Assembly (NCBI RefSeq): GCF_021287135.1
Contig: NZ_JAJTBB010000070.1
Span: 4,990 to 68,989, forward strand
Direction: 5' to 3'
Length of the DNA: 64,000 nucleotides
From: Acidovorax sp.
GTDB taxonomy: Bacteria > Pseudomonadota > Gammaproteobacteria > Burkholderiales > Burkholderiaceae_C
Below the pieces are notes generated by a model. It did not search any database. It was not told the DNA's origin and saw nothing but the letters and a program-made list of their open reading frames with translations. The translations under genes were made by a program, and so were the position numbers. This document shows positions 38,860-50,940 of this stretch, piece after piece (position 1 is the stretch's first letter; every line of letters starts with the position of its first letter).

Positions 38860-39341
38860 CCGCCGCGCCGATGGAACCCGCATTCCAGGATCTCTACGCC
38901 GACCGGTTCAGCCACTGCTACGGCTGCGGCCGGCTCAACCCGCAGGGGCACCAGCTCAAGAGCCGCTGGAACGGCGACGACGAGACCGTGGCGCGCTACA
39001 CGCCCCGCCCCGAATACAGCGGCGGCGTGCCCGGCCATGTGTACGGCGGCCTCATTGCCTCGCTGCTCGACTGCCACGGCACCGCTTCGGCGGCCGCCTT
39101 TGCCCGGCGCGCCGAAGGCCCGGAAGCGGCCGGCGCTGCGGGCGTGCAGCCCCGCGGGCGGTACGTGACGGCCTCGCTCAAGGTGGACTTCAAGCGCCCC
39201 ACCCCCATGGGCACCGAGCTGCTCATCACCGGACGCCTGCGTGCCATCGAAGGCCGCAAGGTCTGGATCGACCTGGCGCTCAGCGCCGGCGGCGAGGTGT
39301 GCGCGCAGGCAGAGATGCTGGCGCTGCGCCTGCAGGAGTGA
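38856..39341 (+). CDS. PaaI-family (hotdog-fold) thioesterase
   Basis: ORF trimmed to Met99 ([25 protein letters not shown]). Motifs [12 protein letters not shown] and [14 protein letters not shown] overlap with acuI. Confidence 0.7.
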
Positions 39342-39379
39342 ACGGCCGCCACACCGGCTGCCCCATCGGCTGAAGGAAA

Positions 39380-40639
39380 ATGGCGCCCTCTCCTCGTGGG
39401 CTGCCCCGCACCATGGCCACCTCCCCTGCTTCTTCCTCCGCACCTCCTGACTCACCGCCCTCGCCGCCCTCGCACACGCCGCTGCGGCGCATTCCGCCCG
39501 CGATCTGGGTGCTGGGCCTGGTGAGCATGCTGATGGACATCTCCTCCGAGATGATCCACAGCCTGCTGCCGCTGTTCATGGTGGGCACCCTGGGCGCCAG
39601 CGCGCTCACGGTGGGCGTGATCGAAGGGCTGGCCGAATCCACGGCGCTGATCGTCAAGGTGTTTTCCGGCGCGTTGAGCGACTACCTGGGCAAGCGCAAG
39701 GGCCTGGCCGTGTTCGGCTACGCGCTGGGCGCGCTGACCAAGCCGCTGTTTGCGCTGGCGCCGGGCACCGGCATCGTGCTCACGGCACGGCTGCTCGACC
39801 GCGTGGGCAAGGGCGTGCGCGGCGCGCCGCGCGACGCGCTGGTGGCCGACATCGCGCCACCCGAGATGCGGGGCGCGGCCTTCGGCCTGCGGCAGTCGCT
39901 GGACACGGTGGGCGCCTTTCTCGGGCCGCTGCTGGCCGTGGGGCTGATGCTGTGGTGGGCCAACGATTTCCGCGCCGTGTTCTGGGTGGCGGTGATTCCC
40001 GGCCTGCTGGCCGTGGCGCTGCTGCTGTGGTGCGTGCGCGAGCCCGAGCGCGCCACCGGTGCGCCACGCACCAACCCGATCCGGCGCGACAACCTGCGGC
40101 GCTTGAGCGGCGCCTACTGGTGGGTGGTGGGCGTGGGTGCCGTCTTCACGCTGGCGCGCTTCAGCGAGGCCTTCCTCGTGCTGCGCGCGCAGCAAAGCGG
40201 CATCGCCGTGGCCCTGGTGCCGCTGGTGATGGTGGCCATGAACCTGGTGTACGCCGCATCGGCCTACCCGTTTGGCAAGCTGTCCGACCGCATGCAGCAC
40301 AAGACACTGCTGGCCTGGGGCCTGGTGGTGCTCATCGCGGCCGATCTGGTGCTGGCGGCGGACGGCCACTGGACCACCGTGCTGGCCGGCGTGGCGCTGT
40401 GGGGCGTGCACATGGGCATGACGCAGGGCCTGCTGGCCACCATGGTGGCGGACACGGCTCCGGCCGACCTGCGCGGCACAGCCTATGGCTTCTTCAACCT
40501 GGTGAGCGGCGTGGCCATGCTGCTGGCCAGTGTGGTGGCAGGGCTGCTGTGGGACCGGCTGGGCGCGTCGTTCACGTTCTACGCCGGGGCGGTTTTCAGC
40601 GTGCTGGCGCTGCTGGGGCTGTGGGCGAGGAAGTCCTGA
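39380..40639 (+). CDS. MFS transporter
   Basis: 12-TM pattern with motif LSDYLGKRKG and a second half. The true start may be an internal Met. Confidence 0.8.
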   Translation: MAPSPRGLPRTMATSPASSSAPPDSPPSPPSHTPLRRIPPAIWVLGLVSMLMDISSEMIHSLLPLFMVGTLGASALTVGVIEGLAESTALIVKVFSGALSDYLGKRKGLAVFGYALGALTKPLFALAPGTGIVLTARLLDRVGKGVRGAPRDALVADIAPPEMRGAAFGLRQSLDTVGAFLGPLLAVGLMLWWANDFRAVFWVAVIPGLLAVALLLWCVREPERATGAPRTNPIRRDNLRRLSGAYWWVVGVGAVFTLARFSEAFLVLRAQQSGIAVALVPLVMVAMNLVYAASAYPFGKLSDRMQHKTLLAWGLVVLIAADLVLAADGHWTTVLAGVALWGVHMGMTQGLLATMVADTAPADLRGTAYGFFNLVSGVAMLLASVVAGLLWDRLGASFTFYAGAVFSVLALLGLWARKS

Positions 40640-40649
40640 CGGACAGCAC

Positions 40650-41267
40650 TCACGCGGCAGCAGAGCCCTTCGCCGGAGGGCGTTTCGCCCACAGATCGAT
40701 GCGCTGGCCTGCCGCGCAGGCGGCGAGCAGTTCCGCAAACCGCGCCTCCCGGGTGGCGTCCCGCTTGGCAGACAGGACCCAGTGCAGCATGCTCTTGCGG
40801 TAGCTGGGCGGCGTGGATTCCTGAAAGAAGCGCCACGCGGCCTTGTTGCGCTGGAAGGCGCGCTGCAGGGGCGCCGGCAGCTCGGCCGCAGCCGGCTGCT
40901 CGTGCGAGTAGATGACCGACTTGTGGGCCTGGCGGTGCGCAAAGGCCGCCAGCCCCGCAGGCGTCATGCGGCCCGCTGCCTGCAGCTGCTCCACCTTGGC
41001 GATGTTGACCGCGCTCCAGATCGAGGAAGGCTTGCGCGGAGTGAAGCGGATCGAATACGTGTGCTCGTCAATGCGCCGCCGCACGCCGTCGATCCAGCCG
41101 AAGCACAGGGCTTCATCCACCGATTCCGACCAGCCCATGCTGGGGCGGCCCGAACCGACTTTGTGAAAGCCCACCAGCAGCTCCTGCGCGCTGGCCGCGT
41201 GGCGCTCCAGCCACCGGCGGAAGGCTTGCGGAGTGGCAAAGAAGGTAGGCGGGGTCTGCTGGGTCAT
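40650..41267 (-). CDS. YdeI/OmpD-associated family protein
   Basis: ORF trimmed to Met198 (MTQQTPPTFFATPQAFRRWLERHAASAQELLVGFHKVGSGRPSMGWSESVDEALCFGWIDG). Confidence 0.65.
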   Translation of the reverse strand: MTQQTPPTFFATPQAFRRWLERHAASAQELLVGFHKVGSGRPSMGWSESVDEALCFGWIDGVRRRIDEHTYSIRFTPRKPSSIWSAVNIAKVEQLQAAGRMTPAGLAAFAHRQAHKSVIYSHEQPAAAELPAPLQRAFQRNKAAWRFFQESTPPSYRKSMLHWVLSAKRDATREARFAELLAACAAGQRIDLWAKRPPAKGSAAA

Positions 41268-41331
41268 GGCGGTGCTGCAAGCCTGCTGTTGTCTTGCGTT
41301 TTCCGGCCGGCCGCAACTGCGGGTGCGCCGG

Positions 41332-42159
41332 TCAGCCCACCACCGCGTCGTGCGCTTGCTCGGCGCGGGGCCCCAGCGGCAGCACGCAAAGCGCCACCCC
41401 GTCGAGCGTGAGCACCAGCCCCAGCTGCCCGCCCACCTGCACCACGCCACCCACCGTGGCCGGGGCGAGCGCGGCATGCGGCGGCGCGTGTTGCACCGAG
41501 CGGTGCACCGCCTGCGCACTGACGGGCGGCTGGCGCAGCAGCCCCCAGAGGGCCTGCGGGTCCCGCGATTGCAGCGCCTGCAGGTACAGGCGCAGCACGC
41601 CAGGGTCGGGGCTTCGGGGTGCATCGCACCCATCGCCCTCACTGCCGTTGCGGGGGCCGTGTGCCGCCGACCGCAGACGCTGCAACGCGCGGCGCAGCTG
41701 CTGGCGGCTGGCCGCTTCGGTGCGACCACTGGCCTGCGCGAGTTCGGCATGGCTGGCGTCGAACACCGCATGCAGCAGCACCGCAGCGCCCTCCGCCGGC
41801 GCCACGCTCGCGGCCAGCCGCCGCAGCGCCCATGTGGCCTGCTGCGCCAGGGCCGCATCGGCCTCCGCCGAGGGGGCGGCCCTGCCGGCCGCGTCCCCCT
41901 GTGCCGCCTGGGCCGCTTCCGCCAGCCACTGCGCCATCCACTGGCGCCGCCGCAGCCGGTCGATGGCCAGGTTGCGCACCACTGTCAGCAGCCAGGCCTG
42001 CGCCGCATTGAGCGCCGGGGTTCGGGCCTCCAGCGCACGCACATATGCGTCCTGCACGGCGTCCTCGGCCTCGGCCGGGCCCAGCAGGCGCGTGGCGGCG
42101 CGCAGCAGGGTGCTGCGGCTGGCATTCATCAGCGCCATCCGGTGTTCATCGTTCTGCAT
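41332..42159 (-). CDS. ECF-type RNA polymerase sigma factor with C-terminal extension (SigJ/ECF41-like architecture)
   Basis: ORF trimmed to Met90. Region 2 is AEDAVQDAYVRAL...WLLTVVRNLAIDRLRRR. Region 4 is LLHAVFDASHAELAQASGRTEAASRQQLRRALQRL. An extra tail of about 90 aa follows. The start (MQNDEH vs MALMNAS) is uncertain. Confidence 0.75.
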   Translation of the reverse strand: MQNDEHRMALMNASRSTLLRAATRLLGPAEAEDAVQDAYVRALEARTPALNAAQAWLLTVVRNLAIDRLRRRQWMAQWLAEAAQAAQGDAAGRAAPSAEADAALAQQATWALRRLAASVAPAEGAAVLLHAVFDASHAELAQASGRTEAASRQQLRRALQRLRSAAHGPRNGSEGDGCDAPRSPDPGVLRLYLQALQSRDPQALWGLLRQPPVSAQAVHRSVQHAPPHAALAPATVGGVVQVGGQLGLVLTLDGVALCVLPLGPRAEQAHDAVVG

Positions 42160-42265
42160 CGCGGCATGGTGCCACAGGCGGGAGCCGACCGCACGTCGAC
42201 AGGGGAAGACCGGCAAGAAGTGATCGCGCCAGTCAACTTTCCCTGCGCCGTGCCGATAACCATGC

Positions 42266-42619
42266 ATGCAAATTGCCAGCACGACATCCACCACCGGCCA
42301 GATTTCTTCCTCCAGCGGCAGCAGCGACATCGCCAAGCTGCAAAAGCAGCTGCGCGAGCTGACCGAGGAACTCAAGGGCGTGGCCAGCTCCGACATGGAT
42401 GCCAAGGCCAAGCAACAGAAAGCCAAGGTGCTGCAGGCCCAGATTCAGATGGTGCAAGCCCAGATTACGGCGATACAGCGCGCGCAGCAGCAAGAGCAGC
42501 AACGGGCCCAGGCCGCAAAGGCCGAAGGCGCGGCGGCCAGCGCTGCGCAGCAGCAGAAGGCCTCGTCGGCGAAGCATCAACCCGCTGGGCTGGGCAACAA
42601 CGTCGATACCTACGCCTGA
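42266..42619 (+). CDS. FlxA-like family protein
   Basis: 117 aa. S/T-rich N-terminus, then IAKLQKQLRELTEELKGVASSDMDAKAKQQKAKVLQAQIQMVQAQITAIQ, ending in NVDTYA. High GC3. No obvious SD. Confidence 0.6.
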   Translation: MQIASTTSTTGQISSSSGSSDIAKLQKQLRELTEELKGVASSDMDAKAKQQKAKVLQAQIQMVQAQITAIQRAQQQEQQRAQAAKAEGAAASAAQQQKASSAKHQPAGLGNNVDTYA

Positions 42620-42796
42620 CCTGCGCCCACCGGGGTGGACGGCCGCTCGGCATGGGCTCCGAGGCGCGGCGCGCTGCCCGAGCATTGCCCCGGGGGCGGC
42701 GCGTGGCAGCGGGCTGGCGAGAGCGGGGCATGTCACGCGCGGTGCGGCTCGTTCGTCATGGCAGTCCTGTCACTCTCTGCAAGGACTTGCCGTCTT

Positions 42797-43399
42797 ATGG
42801 ACACGCCAGACAACCCCGCACTCCCTTCCGGGCCCAGCCCCAGCACCGAGCCCCGCACCTCGTACCTGGAAGAAAAAGCCTTCAAGGCCCGCACCCTGTT
42901 GGTCTTCGGCACCATCACCGACACCCTGGCCGCCGATGTGGCGCGGCGGCTGATTGCGCTGGATGCCGACAGCGCCGAACCCATCGACCTGCTGGTCAGC
43001 TCGCCCGGCGGGCATTTGGAATCGGGCGACACCCTGCACGACCTGGTGCGCTTCATCGCCGCGCCGGTCAACATGATTGGCACCGGCTGGGTGGGCAGCG
43101 CGGCCACGCACCTGTACCTGGCGGCGCCGCGTGAGCGGCGGGTGTGCCTGCCCAACACCCGCTTTCTAATCCACCAGCCCAGCGGCGGGGCCGGCGGCCC
43201 GGCCAGCGACATCGCCATCCAGGCCCGCGAGATCGTGAAGGCGCGCGAGCGCATTGCGCGCACCATCGCCCGCCAGACGGGCAAGCCGCTGGAGATGGTA
43301 CTGGCCGACATCGAACGCGACCGCTGGCTGTCGGCCGAAGAGGCGGTGGACTACGGGCTGGTGTCGCGCATCATCGAGCACAAGGCGCAGCTGCGATAA
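42797..43399 (+). CDS. ClpP-family serine protease homolog (orphan, divergent N-terminus)
   Basis: ORF trimmed to Met55 (MDTPDNPALPSG). ClpP-type triad context: GWVGSAAT (Ser), LIHQPSGG (His), IERDRWLSAEEAVDYGLV (Asp). Confidence 0.75.
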   Translation: MDTPDNPALPSGPSPSTEPRTSYLEEKAFKARTLLVFGTITDTLAADVARRLIALDADSAEPIDLLVSSPGGHLESGDTLHDLVRFIAAPVNMIGTGWVGSAATHLYLAAPRERRVCLPNTRFLIHQPSGGAGGPASDIAIQAREIVKARERIARTIARQTGKPLEMVLADIERDRWLSAEEAVDYGLVSRIIEHKAQLR

Positions 43400-43418
43400 G
43401 GATGTGACGCCCGATTTT

Positions 43419-43483
43419 CACTACTAAATTGATAGCTACTAGCGCTTTATGGGAAAGCGCTAGCAGCCAATTTGGCTTGAATC
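43419..43483 (+). repeat. family A hairpin repeat, copy 5
   Basis: cactactaaattgatagctaCTAGCGCTTTatgggAAAGCGCTAGcagccaatttggcttgaatc. Perfect 10-bp stem. Lies between convergent clpP-like and ligC. Confidence 0.8.
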
Positions 43484-44434
43484 TCAGCCGTTCAGCTGTT
43501 GCTCCAACTGGTTCAGCACCTGGTAGCACGGCAGCACCTGCGCCACGCTGGCGTTGGGCTCGCGGCCTTCCCGGATGGCGGCGAAGAACTCGCGGTCCTG
43601 CAGCTCGATGCCGTTCATCGACACATCCACCTGGCTCACGTCGATCTTCTCTTCCTTGCCGTTCACCAGATCGTCGTAGCGCGCGATGTAGGTGGCGGTG
43701 TCGCCGATGTAGCGGAAGAAGGTGCCCAGCGGGCCGTCGTTGTTGAAGCTCAAGGAGAGCGTGCAGATCGCGCCGTTGGCGGCCTTCAGCTGGATGCTCA
43801 TGTCCATGGCGATGCCCAGGTCCTTTTGGATGGGGCCCTGGATGGCGTTGGCTTTGACGATGGGGCTGCCGGCCTGGTAGGCGAACAGGTCCACCGTGTG
43901 GGCGGCGTGGTGCCACAGCAGGTGATCCGTCCAGCTGCGGGGCTGGCCCAGCGCGTTCATGTTGGTGCGGCGGAAGAAGTAGGTCTGCACATCCATCTGC
44001 TGGATGTTGAACTCGCCCGCAGTGATCTTCTTGTGCACGTACTGGTGGCTGGGGTTGAAGCGGCGCGTGTGGCCGCACATGGCCACCAGGCCGGTCTGCT
44101 TTTGCAGGGCGACGACCTTCTCGCCATCGGCCAGCACGTCGCACAGCGGGATCTCGACCTGCACGTGCTTGCCGGCTTCCATGCAGGCGATCGACTGGCT
44201 GGCGTGCATCTGCGTGGGCGTGCACAGGATCACGGCGTCCACTTCCTTGATGGCCAGGCTGTCGGCCAGGTCGGTGGTGACGTGCTTGATGCCGTACTTG
44301 TCGGCCACTTCCTGGGTCTTGGCCAGATCGCGGCTGATGAGGGAGACGACTTCGACGCCGTCGATATTCTTGATGCCGTCCAGGTGCTTGATGCCGAAGG
44401 CACCAGCGCCGGCGAGTGCGACTTTGATGGTCAT
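43484..44434 (-). CDS. ligC: 4-carboxy-2-hydroxymuconate-6-semialdehyde dehydrogenase (Gfo/Idh/MocA family)
   Basis: MTIKVALAGAGAFGIKHLDGIKNIDGVEVVSL. 316 aa. Sits in the lig/pmd gene context. Confidence 0.85.
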   Translation of the reverse strand: MTIKVALAGAGAFGIKHLDGIKNIDGVEVVSLISRDLAKTQEVADKYGIKHVTTDLADSLAIKEVDAVILCTPTQMHASQSIACMEAGKHVQVEIPLCDVLADGEKVVALQKQTGLVAMCGHTRRFNPSHQYVHKKITAGEFNIQQMDVQTYFFRRTNMNALGQPRSWTDHLLWHHAAHTVDLFAYQAGSPIVKANAIQGPIQKDLGIAMDMSIQLKAANGAICTLSLSFNNDGPLGTFFRYIGDTATYIARYDDLVNGKEEKIDVSQVDVSMNGIELQDREFFAAIREGREPNASVAQVLPCYQVLNQLEQQLNG

Positions 44435-44456
44435 GGTCGGTTGTTCCTTAGCTTAT

Positions 44457-46858
<2,402 letters not shown>

Positions 46859-46859
46859 G

Positions 46860-47543
46860 TCAATCGATGTACTTCAGCCCTGCGGCCGCCAGCGGCTCGC
46901 GCATCTTGTACATGTCCAGGCCCAGCACGCCGCTGGCCAGCTTGGCGCGCTTTTCGCCTTCAAAGCTCTCGCGCTTTTGCGCGGCTTCCAGCGTCTGCAC
47001 GGCGCGGGCGGCGGGCACGCAGACGATGCCATCGTCGTCGGCCACGATCACGTCGCCGGGAGAGACCAGCATGCCCGCGCAGACCACGGGGATGTTGACC
47101 GAGCCGATGGTGGCCTTGATGCAGCCCTTGCTGGAGATGCACTTGCTCCACACCGGGAAGTTCATCTCGTTGAGCGTCTTCACGTCGCGCACGCCCGCGT
47201 CGATGATGAGCGCCCGCGCGCCGCGCGCCTGGAAGGACGTGGCCAGCAGGTCGCCGAAGTAGCCGTCGGTGCACTCGGCCGTGATGGCAGCCACCACGAT
47301 GTCGCCGGGCTGGATCTGCTCGGCCACCACATGCATCATCCAGTTGTCGCCGGGGTGCAGCAGCACCGTCACGGCCGTGCCGCTGACCTGCACGCCCTTC
47401 TGGATGGGGCGCATGTAGGGCTTGAGCAGGCCCACGCGGCCCATGGCCTCGTGCACGGTGGCCGAGCCCAGGGCGCCCAGCCCGTCGGCGGCTGCGCGGT
47501 CGGCGCGGGTGATGTTGCGGTAGACAACGCCTAGTTCATACAT
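46860..47543 (-). CDS. ligK: 4-carboxy-4-hydroxy-2-oxoadipate aldolase / oxaloacetate decarboxylase (RraA-like fold)
   Basis: 227 aa. Motifs [22 protein letters not shown]...[21 protein letters not shown]...[27 protein letters not shown]. Confidence 0.88.
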   Translation of the reverse strand: MYELGVVYRNITRADRAAADGLGALGSATVHEAMGRVGLLKPYMRPIQKGVQVSGTAVTVLLHPGDNWMMHVVAEQIQPGDIVVAAITAECTDGYFGDLLATSFQARGARALIIDAGVRDVKTLNEMNFPVWSKCISSKGCIKATIGSVNIPVVCAGMLVSPGDVIVADDDGIVCVPAARAVQTLEAAQKRESFEGEKRAKLASGVLGLDMYKMREPLAAAGLKYID

Positions 47544-47583
47544 GTCGGATGCTCCTGAAATTGAGGATGGGCGGGTGGCGCGC

Positions 47584-48948
47584 TCAGTGCGCGGACACCC
47601 CGCCGCGAACGGAAGGCCCGCCGCCGCCGTCCGGGTGCGAGGCCTGCTTGATGAGCAGCGCCGCCATGGCGATCAGGCCCGGCACGGCCACGACGGCGAA
47701 GATCTGGCTGAACCCCAGGTGCAGGGCCGATAGCTGCGCCACCAGGAACGAGCCCGCGATGCCGCCCAGGCGGCCCACGCCCAGCATCCAGGCCACGCCC
47801 GTGGCACGGCCGCTGGTGGGGTAGAAGGCCGCGGCCAGCGCCGGCATGGAGGACTGGGCCGTGTTCATGATGGTGCCGGCCACGAAGACCACCACCACCA
47901 GCGTGCCCACGTTGCCCGCGGCTTGGCCGATGGCGTAGATGGACACGGCCGTGAGCGCATAGCCCAGCGCGATGATGCGGTTGGCGTTGAAGCGGTCCAT
48001 GAGCCAGCCAAAGAACACGGCGCCCACGCCGCCCAGCGGGAACAGCGCGGAAATCAGCGTGGCGTGTTGCGGGGCCAGGCCCACCTCGGCAAACAGCACG
48101 GGCATCCAGTTGATGAGGGCATAGAACACCACCAGCCCCATGAAGTAGCCCACCCACAGCATGAGCGTGCCCACCCGGTACTCGGGCGAGAACACCACGC
48201 CCAGGCCCTGGCGCGCACCGGCATCAGGGCGTGTCTCGCTGAGCACGAAGCGCCGCACCTGGTCGGCCGATGCGGACACGCGCCGCAGGATGGCCTGCAC
48301 CCGCTCCACGGGGGCGTTGCGGCTGATCAGGTAGCGCACCGACTCGGGCAGCAGCACCAGCATCAGCACGCCCAGCGCCAGGGGCACGTAGCCGCCCAGC
48401 TCCAGCACGCTGCGCCAGCCCCAGTGCGGAATCATCCACGACGCCAGGAAGCCACCAAAGGCCGCGCCCAGCGGAAAGCCGCAGAACATGGCGTTGGTCA
48501 GCAGCGAGCGGCGCTGCTCGGGGCAGTATTCGCTGGTCAGCGTCACGGCCGTGGGCATGGCGGCGCCCAGGCCCACGCCAGTGATGAAGCGCAGCACGCT
48601 CAGCTCCGTCAGGTCGCGGCTGAAGGCCGATGCCAGGCAGGCCACGCCGAACAGCAGCACCGAGCCCGTCAGCACCCGCTTGCGGCCCAGCCGGTCGGCC
48701 AGCGGTCCCGCCAGCAGGGCCCCTGCGGCCAGGCCGAACAGGGCGGCGCTGAGCACCGGCGCCAGCGCCGGCTTGGTCACGCCCCACTCCTTGATGAGCG
48801 AGGGCGCGATGTAGCCGATGGCAGCGGTGTCAAAGCCGTCCAGCAATACCACCAGGAAGCACAGGGCAAAGGTGAGCCACTGCATGCCCGAGAAGCGGTT
48901 GCGGTTGAAGAAGGTCTGGACGTCCATGTCCTGGCCGGGGATCGCCAT
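47584..48948 (-). CDS. pcaK: MFS aromatic acid:H+ symporter (PcaK/PmdK-like)
   Basis: 12 TM segments. Motifs [17 protein letters not shown] and [13 protein letters not shown]. Confidence 0.8.
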   Translation of the reverse strand: MAIPGQDMDVQTFFNRNRFSGMQWLTFALCFLVVLLDGFDTAAIGYIAPSLIKEWGVTKPALAPVLSAALFGLAAGALLAGPLADRLGRKRVLTGSVLLFGVACLASAFSRDLTELSVLRFITGVGLGAAMPTAVTLTSEYCPEQRRSLLTNAMFCGFPLGAAFGGFLASWMIPHWGWRSVLELGGYVPLALGVLMLVLLPESVRYLISRNAPVERVQAILRRVSASADQVRRFVLSETRPDAGARQGLGVVFSPEYRVGTLMLWVGYFMGLVVFYALINWMPVLFAEVGLAPQHATLISALFPLGGVGAVFFGWLMDRFNANRIIALGYALTAVSIYAIGQAAGNVGTLVVVVFVAGTIMNTAQSSMPALAAAFYPTSGRATGVAWMLGVGRLGGIAGSFLVAQLSALHLGFSQIFAVVAVPGLIAMAALLIKQASHPDGGGGPSVRGGVSAH

Positions 48949-49006
48949 GGCGTGTGTCTCCTGTTGTTATGAGGTCTTGGAGGGGTGATGGAAGGAACCC
49001 GGCGGC

Positions 49007-50041
49007 TCAGCGGCCCTGGCCGCGCAGGCGCGTGTCCAGACGCGAGAACACGCGGCGCGTGTTGGCTTCGTAGATCTGGTGCTTATCTTCGGCGCTCAGA
49101 ATCTTGCTGGCCTCGATGTAGCGCTTGGTGTCGTCGTAGTAGTTTCCGGTGGTGGGGTCGATGCCGCGCACCGCGCCGATCATCTCGCTGGCGAACAGCA
49201 CGTTCTTCACCGGGATCACGGTGTTCAGCAGGTCGATGCCGGGCTGGTGGTACACGCAGGTGTCGAAGAAGATGTTGTTCAGCAGGTGCTCTTCGAGCAG
49301 CGGCTTCTTCATCTCCTGCGCCAGGCCGCGGAAGCGCCCCCAGTGGTAGGGCACCGCGCCACCGCCGTGCGGGATCAAAAACTTGAGCGTGGGGAAGTCC
49401 TTGAACAAATCGCCCTGGATGCATTGCATGAAGGCCGTGGTGTCGGCGTTCAGGTAGTGCGCGCCGGTGGTGTGGAAGCACGCGTTGCAGCTGGTGCTCA
49501 CGTGGATCATGGCGGGCAGGTCGTACTCCACCATCTTTTCGTAGATGGGGTACCAGTGCTTGTCGGTCAGCGGCGGGCTGGTCCAGTGGCCGCCGGAGGG
49601 GTCGGGGTTCAGGTTGATGCCCACGGCGCCGTATTCCTTGACGCACTTTTCCAGCTCGGGGATGCAGGTGGCCGGGTCGACGCCGGGCGACTGCGGCAGC
49701 ATGGCCACAGGCACGAAGTGGTCGGGGAAGAGCTGCGAGACGCGAAAGCACAGCTCGTTGCAGATGGCCGCCCAGGTGCTGGACACGTTGAAATCGCCAA
49801 TGTGGTGGGCCATGAAGCTGGCGCGCGGGCTGAACAGCGTGATGTCGCTGCCGCGCTCCTTCATCAGGCGCAACTGGTTGGTCTCGATGGATTCGCGCAG
49901 CTCGTCGTCGCTGATCTTCAGGTCCGCCGCTTTGGGCATGGCGGCGGGGTCCTTGATGCCGGCGATCTGCGCGTTGCGCCAGTTCTCCAGCGCCTTGGGC
50001 GCCGTGGTGTAGTGGCCGTGGCAGTCGATGATGAGGCTCAT
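49007..50041 (-). CDS. ligJ: 4-oxalomesaconate hydratase (amidohydrolase_2)
   Basis: MSLIIDCHGHYTTAPKALENWRNAQ. 344 aa. Lig context. Confidence 0.85.
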   Translation of the reverse strand: MSLIIDCHGHYTTAPKALENWRNAQIAGIKDPAAMPKAADLKISDDELRESIETNQLRLMKERGSDITLFSPRASFMAHHIGDFNVSSTWAAICNELCFRVSQLFPDHFVPVAMLPQSPGVDPATCIPELEKCVKEYGAVGINLNPDPSGGHWTSPPLTDKHWYPIYEKMVEYDLPAMIHVSTSCNACFHTTGAHYLNADTTAFMQCIQGDLFKDFPTLKFLIPHGGGAVPYHWGRFRGLAQEMKKPLLEEHLLNNIFFDTCVYHQPGIDLLNTVIPVKNVLFASEMIGAVRGIDPTTGNYYDDTKRYIEASKILSAEDKHQIYEANTRRVFSRLDTRLRGQGR

Positions 50042-50077
50042 TTGTGTGCTCCTGGAAGGTGTTCTTGTGATGGTTGG

Positions 50078-50770
50078 TCAGACGGGTTCCATGCCCTGCT
50101 TGCGTTTGGCGTCTGCGGCAGCGGGAGAGGCCAGGTAGGCCAGCAGCGAACGCGCGGCATCCCCCTGCTGGGAATGCGCGCCCACGCCCGCTGAAAACGT
50201 CGTCGTGATCTGGATGGCCGGTGGCAGCGTGCCCGCGATCTGGATGCCCTGCACATGCAGCAGCTCGCTCAGTTGCTGAAAGCCCAGCGCCACGTCGCCC
50301 CGGGCCACCAGCGAGCCCACCGGCACGCCGGGGGGCGCTTGCACCATGCGCGGCGCAATCTGCCCGGCAATGCCCCAGCGCTCGAACAGCTTGCTCAGCG
50401 CCACGCCGCTGGGGCCGGTGGAGAGGCTGATGCTGGGCGCGGCCAGCACGGCATCGCGCACGGCGTCTTCGCTGGACAGGTCGGGCAGCGGCGCGCCGGC
50501 CGGCACGGCCACGGCCACGCCGGAGTGGACCCAGTCCACCTTGCTGCCGGGCACCAAATGGCCTGCGGCCATGAGCTTGTCGATGGCGTCGGACGCGAGG
50601 ATGACCACATCGAACACCTCGCCGGCCGCCACGCGCTTGGCCGCGTCCACGCCGCCCACCGATTCGATGGCTGCCTGCAGGCCTGCCTGCTGCGCAAACC
50701 CGGCGACCAAATCGGCCAGCACCTGGCGCGTGGCCATGGAGGAAATGCCGCGAAGGGCGGGCGTGGTCAT
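50078..50770 (-). CDS. signal-peptide-less periplasmic-binding-protein-fold (ModA/SBP_bac_11-like) protein, first gene of the lig operon
   Basis: ORF trimmed to Met33 (MTTPALRGISSMATRQVLADLVAGFAQQAG). Type 2 PBP-like segments (VVILASDAIDKLMAAGHL, VALGFQQLSE). No N-terminal hydrophobic leader. Confidence 0.6.
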   Translation of the reverse strand: MTTPALRGISSMATRQVLADLVAGFAQQAGLQAAIESVGGVDAAKRVAAGEVFDVVILASDAIDKLMAAGHLVPGSKVDWVHSGVAVAVPAGAPLPDLSSEDAVRDAVLAAPSISLSTGPSGVALSKLFERWGIAGQIAPRMVQAPPGVPVGSLVARGDVALGFQQLSELLHVQGIQIAGTLPPAIQITTTFSAGVGAHSQQGDAARSLLAYLASPAAADAKRKQGMEPV

Positions 50771-50940
50771 GGCGGTTTGTCTCCTGCGGGATGTCGTGTC
50801 CGGGCGGCGCAATGGCGCTTTTGCCCGGGTTTGTGGCGCGATTGTGGGCAGCCCGCGCCCCAACATAAAGACGGCCCCGGCACTACCAGATATATCATTC
50901 CTTGATCGTTGGTACGCAGCTATATCAGAGAACCTGGGCC

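Noticed and set aside
42233-42736. 167-aa ORF on the - strand overlapping the FlxA-like gene
   Set aside because: It is Leu/Arg/Gly-rich antisense translation of the Q/A/K-rich FlxA-like frame. The + frame has the family-like coiled-coil pattern and the ...VDTYA end.
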